Source: Ruditapes philippinarum
Taxonomy: Eukaryota
Assembly: GCF_026571515.1 (NCBI RefSeq)
Contig: NW_026864528.1
Coordinates: forward strand, 1-64,000
Direction: 5' to 3'
DNA length: 64,000 nt
The notes under the pieces are model-generated. The model searched no databases. It had not been told where the DNA came from and saw only the letters and a program-made list of their open reading frames with translations. Below are positions 53,055 to 64,000 of the stretch, one piece after another; within the stretch, counting starts at the first letter, position 1; every line of letters starts with the position of its first letter. The position numbers were made by a program, and so were the translations under genes.

Positions 53055-53832
53055 ACTAAGGAAAAAAGAACCATAATGAATTGATTAATATCGACCAAGT
53101 TCAAGTAATATCGGAAGAAACCCGAAGCCGCTTTCGCCTCCTTTTCAACGGTTTTCGTTTTACCTATTTCGCTTTCCCTTGTGACGTCATTGCAATGTTT
53201 AAAGAAAAATACCAATACCGGCTTTTGACTGCAAGTTAAATTATTACAATGTATCTATTTATTTGTACCGTCAATTTTTCTTTTCTCGTGTCAAACATGA
53301 CGGTCATGTTATTTTCGAAACAGACTGCACGAAATGAATATCCAATTAAATATATTTAAAAATACATGTTTAACGTATCTTAGTTTAGCGTCGCCAAGTG
53401 ACAAATTGCCTCGAAACTGTTTATGCACTATTTTATTTTATGCAATATCTTATTCGACAATGTATAGCGTTATCAAGACATTTAATGCTTTAAATTGCAT
53501 ACAATATAAATGTTAAAACGTCATCCTTTTGAACACGTCAAGGTGTTTCGGTTTTTGTTTCAGGGGAAAACGTTATCAAACTATAATTAAAGCGCCTATT
53601 TCAGCAGCGTTCCTTTGGTTTTAAAATCATTTTAAAGAATCTATTTAAATATTGAATTATCTAAGGCTAGTTACATTAACACTAGAAGACAGTTACACGC
53701 TATTCTAGCCGGTACTGTACCTAAACGTCGAAAGATGGTAGACCCGAGCAGACTTCACGACTTCAGGTTATTTCGATTTTCTCTAAAATTAAGTCGATAT
53801 TTACTAATTCATTAGGATTCGAAATCCTTAGT
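53055..53832. mobile_element. Old MITE-like element with imperfect ~70-bp TIRs
   Basis: actaagga..cc.taatgaatt..aatatcgac..ccgaag is mirrored at 53760-53832. Confidence 0.5.
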
Positions 53833-54047
53833 CGATTTTTTGATTTTTGTTTCTGATCTCCAGCCAAAATATATATTTCTGCGTTTCATTCTAGGGGGAA
53901 ATTTTGGTAAGGTACTATCGGGCTTTATTTAATGGGTAGGGATGCAACAATAAACCATAGACAAATATGAACAGGTTCATTCTTTCTAAATATTTGGTTG
54001 GCCCTGAAAAGGGCCGTTTTGGTCACTTCTGGTAGCAGAAAGTGAAT

Positions 54048-54533
54048 TTACTCGACCTCCATGTCGGTTTCATATTCTTCATCAGAATCCTCTATGTCGG
54101 AGTCACTGGAATACTCGTCGGTGTCAGGGTCCTCATAGTCCTGACTGTCGGCTGCGAAGAAGTTGTCACTAGCAGCTTCATCACTGATAACTTCCACGAT
54201 TTCGCCGAAAAGGTCTCGTCGGAGACTAACTATCTCGTATGCCTTTCGGTTTGCATATTCGTAAAACATGTTTCGGATTCCTTCTACTATTGCTAGGCGC
54301 AGGCGCAATTTGTACCGGAAGCTGCGATTCGTCTGCGTACGAGCTTGATGGTATCTGTAAAGAACGCCTTCCATTCGTCGATTCAACAGAACGATTTGGT
54401 CGCAGGCTCGTCGGAAATTATGCTGAGTGCGTCTTAAAATGATTCTCTTCGCCGTCATCACCTTGGCACGTGCAGGACTTGGTGTTCTAAACATGGTTTG
54501 TAGATAATGATTGGCAAAAATGAAACTTTGCAT
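54048..54533 (-). CDS. Intronless uncharacterised protein with Arg-rich helical N-half and Asp/Glu-rich tail, 161 aa (alternative start 54494)
   Basis: GC-richer open frame in AT-rich flanks. TATATAAA at 54645-54638 with an Inr-like TCACT about 30 nt downstream. AATAAA on the minus strand at 53924-53929. Confidence 0.75.
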   Translation of the reverse strand: MQSFIFANHYLQTMFRTPSPARAKVMTAKRIILRRTQHNFRRACDQIVLLNRRMEGVLYRYHQARTQTNRSFRYKLRLRLAIVEGIRNMFYEYANRKAYEIVSLRRDLFGEIVEVISDEAASDNFFAADSQDYEDPDTDEYSSDSDIEDSDEEYETDMEVE

Positions 54534-54637
54534 ATGAACGATCGAGGTAAATAGTATGAGAGCAATGTCAGAGCTTTTCGATGGTTATACCAAAGAAGAT
54601 CTCGGAATGCGAGTGACGATATTGGTAGTGGCTTCTG

Positions 54638-54645
54638 TTTATATA
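54638..54645 (-). promoter_or_regulatory. TATA box of the intronless gene
   Basis: TATATAAA about 105 nt upstream of the ATG, with an Inr-like motif at the expected spacing. Confidence 0.55.
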
Positions 54646-56600
54646 GGTGCGAGTTATCTGATTGCCTTAAAGGTAGAATAACACCCGCTACTTATCCAAT
54701 GTGATAACAAGATTTTCTATTGCGAAACTAAATTTGCCACATCCTTACAATTAACCATAATTTGGTGTGACCATTTTATGCTAATATTTGTTCTGCAGTT
54801 AACTACTTCCGATTTGCAGGTAATTGTTTCGCACATCTGATAATTGTCGTACACTTAGCTGAAATGGGGTCTTTTGTTATTCTAGATAGATTAGTGATAG
54901 TAGAAAATACATCCTATTAAAATAATGGTGGTTATAAACCAAATTACAATTAATAAATTAATGCAGACAAGAGTTCGGATTTATTTAAAAATAATTTTCA
55001 TTTGTATTATTTGTATTTGAATATCTTAATTTCTTCGCGTTTCTCTTATTTAGCAAAATGGAAAAGGATAATTTTAATCTATCAAAAATATTTTTTGTAT
55101 TTGAATTTATTTAAAACACGTTTCCATCTTCTTTTTATATTTAGCAAAAATGGAAATTTAGATATATCTTAAATAAATATAATTTGTTGTATTTTCTTTC
55201 ATTTTTTTCTTTAGTAAAAACAAAAATACAGTTATTAATAATTCGGAAAAGGTTAGTAAGCAAATTGATGAATAAATTATTACGACTTCGCTGAAATCTA
55301 TAACATCAAAAATAAAAATATATGTTAATATATCAAAAATTTAAACTTAAGAAATTTATCAAAAATTTGTTATATCAAAAACAAAATTAATATAATTATT
55401 TTTTTTAAGTAAGCCAATTCTTGAATAAATTAGTATGATTTTGCTGCAATTTATATAAAACATAAATGTATGAATTAAGAATTCCGCCATTGTTTATGAA
55501 AGAAGTAAGCAAGTATTTTGTTTAAGCATTCTTAACTTTTTCATTATTTTTACTTAACCATAAAAAGGGCTCCAAAGAGTTTTTTTTATCACGAAAAGAG
55601 TAGTATTTTTTTTAGATTTGTGCAACATTCGATTTAATTCTGAGCATATTTCTTTATTATCTTTTGCATATTTTTCGTTTTAAATACCCTAGTTGGGTTA
55701 TGTACTTATTTTATTTTGTTATTTACAAAAAGAAACAACAATAAAAAGATAAAAAACAAAAAACAATTACGAACAAAATTGTTGAATGATGATGATTGAT
55801 TGATACGATCATTCCCCTTAAAAAATGTATAATTCAATACAAGGATATTTTTAGCATGTGATTATTTTTTGTTCTTGTCGTTGTTGTTTAATTGCTTTTC
55901 GAGTTCTTTTGTTTGTTTTGTCTTTGAATTCAAGCAATTTAGGATATGCTCTTTCGTAAGATTACTTTATCCGCAAACTGTCTAGTAACCACGTGCAACA
56001 AGCAGAAATGGGATTTCCTGTGAACGGTGTTACACGGTGTTAACTCATATATATATCGTACATAGATATATACCACAAGTAAGCAATTATTTAAAATATA
56101 TGTCTAACTTATGATCAGTCAAATATAGCCCATTGTAATACAGATTCCTGAGGCTTATTTCAGTATTAAGCTATAAAATCCAGAGGAATAAAACTTAAGT
56201 TAATACAAAAGCAATGAAGCCTAATTTAACACAAACCAATGAAGCCAATTTTAACACACTTTTTTAAAGATAACGTTTAATCCCCTTTAAAATAAGACGA
56301 GTTGGCGTTTTATTGCAGTGTCTTTGTCACAAATACAAATGCAGAAACATCTGTTGAATAACATCACTAGAGCAGACGCACCTGTTCGGGGATAACGTTA
56401 CGTACCATCTTATTACAAGCTCAGGAATCGCGAATTCTAATTACAATTACTTACCACCGAAGTCCGGTGAAATGGTACTTTACACGTTGACGAAAAAGGT
56501 TGTTTCTCCATGAAGTGAATGTTATGAACTGATTTCTATATCCGTTGCAGAATATAAAAATATTAAATTACGTACAGTCTTCTGGGAAGACATAGAGGAT

Positions 56601-57034
56601 ATTTGTTTAGTGCAGTGTAAGATCGGAATATATTTCACCGAGTGAGCACCAAAAGGTATAGTTCACGAGTGGCGCAGCCACGAGTGAAATATGAACTTTT
56701 GGTGTTCACGAGGTGAAATATATTTCGATCTTACACTAAACTAAACAAATTTTCTTTTTATTACATGCTAAGAAACGTTTAAAAAGACATTTTATCCTAA
56801 TACTAAATGAAAAGCGCGCCAAATTCTAATACAACGTGACGTCATTTACGACGTCACGTCATTAAGCTGGTTTCCAGTACTGTGCACGCTGGTATTTCTC
56901 TGAGACAACGTAACGGGCTAAAATTCAAAACAGTGAAATTATCATATTGATAATTTCACTGTTTCAAACAGTGAAATTACCAGTTTATAAATCACTGATA
57001 TATTTCTATAATCCATCGAAAAGCATGTAATAAA
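56601..57034. mobile_element. Hairpin-rich interspersed repeat
   Basis: About 150-bp imperfect palindrome centred on cacgagtggcgcagccacgagtg, followed by a second inverted pair tttattacatgct/agcatgtaataaa. Confidence 0.55.
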
Positions 57035-57580
57035 TTTGAATTGTATGTTTTGATTGGCTAGGTTTTAACATGATTTTTTGTTGTTAGCTTTTTACTCTGG
57101 TTGCAAGTAATGGTATCCTGTTTTGTAATCTTGTATCGCAGAATATTGATTATTTTTCCTGAACCTTTGACACGTTTACACATGTAAGAAGCAGAAGAGA
57201 GTCCTTCAACCGGACACTCTGGTGAACGGTGTCACACGGTGATAACCACATTGTATTGTATGTACGCATATTACAAGTAAACAAACACATGATTTAACAT
57301 TGAAAAAGTATGTTAACAACCGTTTGATTAGGGCAATTGCGAAATCTTGCGTAGGAAAAAATGTTATATTATTTGTATTTTTCCTTATTATTTCACGAAA
57401 TTAGTATATATGTAATTTGTTGAAAATTATGACGTTAAAACGTTATGGTTTACAGTTCAAGGCTGTTTAAAGTACATATCTTTGATTGAGTAGTTCTGAA
57501 TATTTAAATTACAAAGGTAAATTAGGCCTCAGAAATTGTCTTTACTGTAGAAAGGGCGAAACATGTTTTTTTATCATTAA

Positions 57581-58087
57581 AGGCACATTTAGTCTTATTA
57601 AATAAATAAAAAATTCCTTCTGCAGAAAGAACAAACATGTATTTTGAAAAGTTGTAATAATTAGATTAAGAACATGTGACATGCTTATAACTTAAAAAAA
57701 ATAGTACTGGATGTACATAAAGGTAACAAAGTTACTGCAGTAGTTTGATTTCCATACAAAATACTTAAAGGCCCATTATTTTGATTTCCCTAAAACCTTT
57801 TATTTCTGTTATCTTGTTATGGTTTCCGAAACGTTACTCATTGTAACATACTCTAAGACCATTTTTAGTCCCTATAGTATCCCCTTTTTTAATAATAAAA
57901 AAGTATTCGTTTCTGAGGCGTAATGTGCCTTTAATCTCTATAACTGTACTCATTGCTAAAACACACACAAAAAAAAGCGAAAGATGTCCCAGCTATCTGG
58001 TCGATGAATATTTTTCCAAAACAGTACAGCAAAACTGAAAAGTTTTTGAAAATGAAAATGATAGTATTTATGAGGCGTGATGGGCCT
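57581..58087. mobile_element. TTAA element with an inverted same-family copy nested at 57769-57930
   Basis: Four TTAA-flanked termini in nested order. Confidence 0.7.
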
Positions 58088-59054
58088 TTAATAATGAATT
58101 AAGTGCATGTTGGATTCTAATCACGTTAAGAATATAGCGTTAAATGTGAATTAATTTGTCATAGAAGTAGCAAAACGTAAACAAAAATGGGGTATTTAGT
58201 CTTCTCAACAAAATAATGAATTACCATAACTTTACTAATAATTAATAGAAATAATGATAATAATAATAATAATTATGATAATAATAAGATTCAAAATACG
58301 TTTGGGTCTTAATTAGCATAAAAAAGTGTACGTACTTATGTTTTCATTATAAATATGATAGATGTATTTTAGATTGTACAATCTTCAAACCAAGGTGTCA
58401 CTTTCTGTTAACATACATTTAAAGGCTTTATGTGATGTACATTGTAAACAAGTTTACATTTCCAAGCACTACAACGTAAATAATACCGAACTATTAACTT
58501 TATATTTTCCCAAAATTATTGATCAGTAACCATATATTAATATATGGAAGGTCGTATTTTTGTGCTTTTTCAGCCAAATTTAAATTCTCAATTGTGGGTC
58601 ATTTTTCACAGTTAGTATAAACATTCTGAAGGAAAAAAAAAACAAAAACAAAACGGAATGGTCTGAAATTTTGATCACGAGTTAATTGTCTAGACCTGCA
58701 TCAAATGAACTATAGATCTTAAAAAATTATTTCCAGTTCCTTCCTTAAAAACAAAACCTCAGTGGAGTTCCTTTAATACATGGTACAAAGTAATAGATGA
58801 TTCAACAATATAGTCTATGGTCCTGGCAATCAGAACCTTGTTACCCCTGTATTCTGATAATATTCTTAAAATTTAGCTATACGTTATTTCGGTATTTTTC
58901 AAAATAAATTTCTCTTTGATTTTATTTAGATTTGTTTTTAAATCTTTAAACTACATGTATTATAACCTCGACCTTTGTATAAACAGCAAATTTCAAATAA
59001 AATATGTATAAAATGAAACCAGCTCTGATATTCCAGAATGTGTTGGATGTTTTT

Positions 59055-59275
59055 GTTGGGGTTTAAGTTGTACCAACACTGAAGGTCATATGGCGACATT
59101 CCAGCTTTTAATACTGGAGGCTGACCTCGGGTGTCCCTCCGTGTATTATTTCAGTCATCGTAAAACCGCCGACGTTTCGTAAGCTAACTGGGTTGTTGTC
59201 TAACAGGAAGACAATCCTAAGTTCCTGACGTGAGTCAAGCCAACAGCGGTGAGAGGCAACTGGTTTGAAGTCAAA
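59055..59275 (-). mobile_element. SINE, degraded
   Basis: ggtcatatggcgacattccagcttt and cgtaagctaactgg match in reverse. Confidence 0.7.
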
Positions 59276-60194
59276 AGGCAAAGGTAATATTAAGAATTTA
59301 TTATTAATAAGTAACTGAAGAAACCTATTTAATACAAAAGGGAAGCCCATTTTAACACAAAGAAATGAAGCCAATTTTAACATAATATGTCCATTTAAAA
59401 AAACATTTTAATGCAGAGTATAAAATCGCACATTTTATCACATTGTTTTTAAAGATATGTTTCATAAACATGAAGTTAAAACTACTTTAGTATTTTTTTC
59501 ACACAAATACTGACATATCTATTTGATAACATCGTCAGACTGGGCGCAACAGCCTGATGGTACTACAAATATAAACTTATTGAGTCCGATTCCCCACTTG
59601 GCCCGCAAAAACTATAAAAATTATAAAAGAATACGGATGAGACTTTAAAAATCGAACTCACGTGTAGTTCTGTGTGTTTCTCCTAGAATAGAGTTATTTC
59701 TGAACAGTATCGCCGTAGTAAAAAAAAATGAAAGAAAGAAAGTATATTTTGTTAATATTAGCAAAGAAAATTACCATTTTGATTCAAAGAAATGCCGTAT
59801 CCAGACCAACAGGCAGGATGAACTCACATTAACACGAAAACCACACACGCACACACAAGCACGAACGCGCGCGGTTTTCAAAAATGAAATCAGAGCGTTG
59901 TTTATTATTTTATTTTTATTGCAGCGTGTAATAAAAAGATGCTTGTCATCATCCACGGAAATACTTACGGACTATCCCTTTATGATGTTTCTTGTACCGC
60001 CATCATGATTATAAATGTTTTATTTCTTGAACTTGTTAGTACATACAAAACTATATTTACAACAAAATCTTAAATGCTTCAATCACAATGAGAATTTAAG
60101 ATAAATAAATAACAACCATTAAGTAGATCACGAAAAATTAACCCAAAAATAGTTTGATTACAAACTTCAGCAGTGTAATTGATGCGTCAAGCGA

Positions 60195-60469
60195 TTTCAT
60201 TGGTCGAATGGTTTTAGTAAAAACGCACCTGATTGGTTAATTAGGTAATTACCTCAACGCCGGACGAAAAAGGCGTCACGTACATTAATCAACTTCGCAC
60301 ATACTTCTGATATGACAATTGTTTTGCGCCCGGGACTAAATTTTCGCATTTTGTTGTTTATAAAACGACCTGTATCAACGGACACCAAGTCAAACTCTGA
60401 CTGACATACAAACATAAAACATTTGTTATAATTTTATTATATAATTAAGCTCACGGAAACTAGCAAAAG
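60195..60469 (+). promoter_or_regulatory. Promoter and non-coding first exon of the 62420 gene
   Basis: Two ATTGG (CCAAT) boxes near 60199 and 60232, TATAAAA at 60359, donor AAG|GTAAGT at 60469, and acceptor tttttttctag| at 62411. Confidence 0.55.
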
Positions 60470-60781
60470 GTAAGTAAAGTTTGAATTATTACGAAATATA
60501 ACATCATCTTAATAGTTGCGGTCACTTTCTTAAATGAAATGTTAATTTAGAATAAAAAAAATATTTAGATAAAACATGTTGTCTGCAAGAGCAATCAATT
60601 TATGGAAAAGAAAAATGCATGGTGCTTTTCATTTTTCTAAGTTTTAAAAAATACTATGTGCAAATGTTCAACAAATCTGTTAACAGTGTATGTACAATAC
60701 ATATTTTATTTCTATTTGGTCGTAAATTATGCAGTTAATATGACAAACAAATTACAGGTGTATAATTGAATTATATTTTAA

Positions 60782-61145
60782 AGGGACTCCACTGAGGTGT
60801 TTTGAAATGATGGGACTGGAAATATTTTCTTTCGAAATGTATGTAAAATTTGATGTAGGTCTGGGCCGATATCTTTTGTGCAAAATTTCAGATCATTGGC
60901 TAAAACCTTTTTTTTACAACATGATTATTTTAATAATGAAAAATTGTCTAAGACTGAAAATCATATAAACCCTTTTAGCTCAAGTCGAAAAAGGATGAGC
61001 ACAATAATACGTTTTTCCGTTTTATTTGAAGTACATTTCATTACAATGTTTTCCATTTCTTTCCGTTTAAAGTGCCCTAGTTGATCTATCTAGAAATTCA
61101 AAATTTATTGTTATTTTATGCTTTTCGAACCTCAGTGGAATTCCT
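60782..61145. mobile_element. TTAA element, family AGGGACTCCACTGAGG (relatives ~1000-1510, ~23000-24065, ~58560-58775)
   Basis: TTAA|AGGGACTCCACTGAGG...CCTCAGTGGAATTCCT|TTAA. Confidence 0.72.
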
Positions 61146-62419
61146 TTAAAGTATATATAGCTATATCTAGTTTTTTGAAGAAAAAAAAACTTAAATCACT
61201 GAGAAAATGTTGATTAATTTTAAAGTGATTTTATCGCGCGTGAAGCACATAAGATAGTTGGCAGTACTGGGGGTGGTAATCTGATTTCGTGATCATACAA
61301 TGATTGATCGATTATCATTTCCTTCAATGACGAATTTAATACAACTGACACGGTGACCGCAAACTCCAACACAAGAATTTATTAACGTCATTAGCGTTTT
61401 TAACGTAACCTTACCTTAAAATACCTCTGCTTCACCATTGGTCAACTTAAACTCGGTTATTTCATCATTATTCTATACAGATATAAAACATGTATGTGGC
61501 GATCTTAAAATAATTTTAGATCAAATGTTTCGCATAATACCTCTTAATTAAACCTCTTACATTTGTAAAAATTAAAATTTACAAAACAATGTAATTTTGT
61601 TCTTTACATACTAGTACATACTTTAATGATAAGAGAAGGTTCTGGATTTACGTAAATTCGTATTATTTTTCTAAAGTTTTTTAGTTTTCGCACTTTTTTA
61701 TCATCTATGTTAACTTTCTCTTCAGAATTTTCTGACTTTCAGAATTCGTTTAAGAAAGTTGTCTCTTATACAGTCTTATGTTTAACACTTACGTTATAAA
61801 AATCAGTTTTTTTCGTGACAGTTACAAACTTGTCTTATGTACAAATAGATAAAATAAAATTAAAGACCAGACATAAAATGAAACTTTAAGGCATTTTGGT
61901 TACAAAGTTTCGAACAACAGCAGAAATTTGAAAAATACTAAAATGTGATTGGACAAAAAATAATGTTGATCATTAATTTAAATTGAACATACATTGTATA
62001 TACATGCAGTGAAGAAATGTGGTTTTCTGCAAAAAGAAAAGCAAAGATGACATGTTGTTTTTGTTGATTTATCGCCACATGTATCATCAAACGACAAATT
62101 GGCGTACACATGATAAATTATACCGAAAGTTAAAACAACAGATTTTGACACATCTTTAGCCTGTGATAAAGTGCGATTGTTCATTTTATTTGAAAATCGC
62201 ATCTTCTCGGTCCTTTCCTAAAGGACTATCAATCGCAACTTCTCGGTTCTTTCCGTCAATTTCGGATAATGAATAATATATCTAGCCGAGATGTTTCGAT
62301 TGAAGGACTATCACTTTCGGCCTTTTCTGTGAGTCTTCGGATATGATTAATAGCCGAGGATGTTCCGATTGTTTTATTCTAACTATATTATTTTGCTCTC
62401 TTTTTTTCTAGAATTCAAG

Positions 62420-64000
62420 ATGAAGGCAAAACTGGTTGTCCTATGTATGTCACTGTTTGTAGGAGCAACATATGCACGTAAGTTAATATTCATTATTTCC
62501 TTAATAATAAACATGTACATGTATATATAACTCATGTGGAAAAGAAAGTGTGCGCTTGATTAGACAAAATGATATGTTTGTTCTTGGCCACAATCTCGCA
62601 AGGGGAGATATTGTCCATAAACAAAACAGCACAATATCTCATCGCGTAGTAAACTTAGTTGGACTCGTGCTTGATTACTTGAAAATTTGGTATAAATACA
62701 TACACGAGAAAAACAGTGAGAAATTTGGTATCAAAATTTGCAGAAATATATCAACCATACAATATATATCCCCGGCTATTAATCATATCCGAAGAGTAGA
62801 CTCACAGAAAAGCCGAAAGTTGCTACCCAAGTAATCTCGATTTCGGAGAGCGTGTCCTACCACTGGATCACTGCTTAAAACATTATGCGAGTCAGTCGCC
62901 ATCCATTTCCAAGCTATTAATGTAGGTTAGTCCTGCCCACGGGGTCATGTGATGTTATCTGCCAGTAGGGATTGGTGGCAAGATCTTACTCAAAAAGAAT
63001 ATACATGTAACATGAAAACGATACTGTAAGATGTGTAGAATGGAATAAAAAGCAAAATAAAAAAATCATATTTCATGTTAAGCTAAGCAGAAAAGAATTA
63101 GATTACAGTTATACATACATGTATTTCTTTTTCAAAAATTGCTATTCTTAAAAATCATATCTAATTTAATATTATTTCAAATAACTCGTGTAGTTGTCAT
63201 ACTGTGATTATGGAATTGTTCACTATTCATTATGACGTAAAAATAAATCAGAGCGACGTCCTATTGGGCATTTATTGTTAGTTTCACTACTGATTCTCAC
63301 ACTAGTACTAGTATCTATAATTTCGTCTTTCCTTTTCAGGATTAGGTAAAGATGCTTTACGAAAAGCACTAAATAGTGATCCATTCTTCTCAGCCCCACG
63401 CAATAGCCCTGTTCCATTCATGCAAAATAGGAACATCCGGTTACCACTGTCTGACGTGCCAATCCAAGCTACAAACGATCGCCCCTCAAACGCTCGTCTG
63501 CCGACGTTGGAAGCTAAAACCCGTGGTAATAGTGGCATCCCAGTCAAACCGGAAACACGAATTGTACCAGTTCCTGTCGGGAGACCTTCCCGAGCACAAG
63601 AAGTGAGGTTAGGGCAGATTAAACCAGCTAATGTCGTAAAAAGGCAAGAGGCGGTCTTCGCTTCTGCACCCGTTCAAGACACACAACCGAAAGTTAGTGC
63701 ATTGAAAAATACAGTAAACGACCGTCTGCTAAACAGTATGAGACCAGCAGCGACTGCCGCCTCTGCCGCCCAACAGAGGGCTGATAGCAAACAGGAATGC
63801 GCATTCATAGTTCCGGACTTCTTCTCGCCAAACCAAAATGTTATCAATTCCGAGCAGACTTGTCCAGCTTTCTTGATTCCAGGACCAACACTCAGTCCCG
63901 GGTTAGTCACTCTTCTGGTTCAACATTTCGCTAAAGTTGAAAATGTAAGCAATTCCCCGTTAGACGCTGTCAGGAGTAAAATCACGCAGTCCGATTTCGA
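62420..64000 (+). CDS. Secreted Pro/Arg/Val-rich protein, 3' partial; join(62420..62477, 63340..>64000)
   Basis: Signal exon MKAKLVVLCMSLFVGATYA with phase-1 C|GTAAGT. Acceptor ccttttcag| at 63340. About 220 stop-free codons to the window end (RLGKDALRKALNSDPFFSAPRNSPVPF..RIVPVPVGRPSR..QECAFIVPDFF..QTCPAFLIPGP..). Confidence 0.8.

Noticed and set aside
63223-63910. ORF-track calls near the window end
   Set aside because: Shadows of the real plus-strand exon starting at 63340.

Overview
AT-rich, intron-containing animal DNA, most likely a bivalve mollusc (inferred from the MITE, SINE and satellite content); no CRISPR, rRNA or true tRNA is seen. Most of the ORF track is noise, and the real genes appear only after manual splicing. 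Minus strand: two copies, about 22 kb apart, of a gene with an unrecognised ~70-82 aa repeat (copy A, 1-680, looks disabled; copy B, 21231-22694, is intact); a multi-exon TMEM272-like membrane protein gene between them (11387-19666); and an intronless basic/acidic orphan gene (54048-54533). Plus strand: two divergent paralogues of a secreted 10-cysteine protein (38406-41603 and 46787-51211) and a secreted Pro/Arg/Val-rich protein running off the window end (62420-64000). The most unusual structure is in the last intron of the TMEM272-like gene, where the exon's own splice acceptor and first codons have been amplified into two minisatellite arrays (about 50 junction copies). The rest is MITEs (some self-nested), tRNA-derived SINEs, TTAA elements, satellites, two N gaps, and about 10 kb (24350-35600) that looks like unpolished long-read sequence. 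All alignments were done by eye and no database searches were run.
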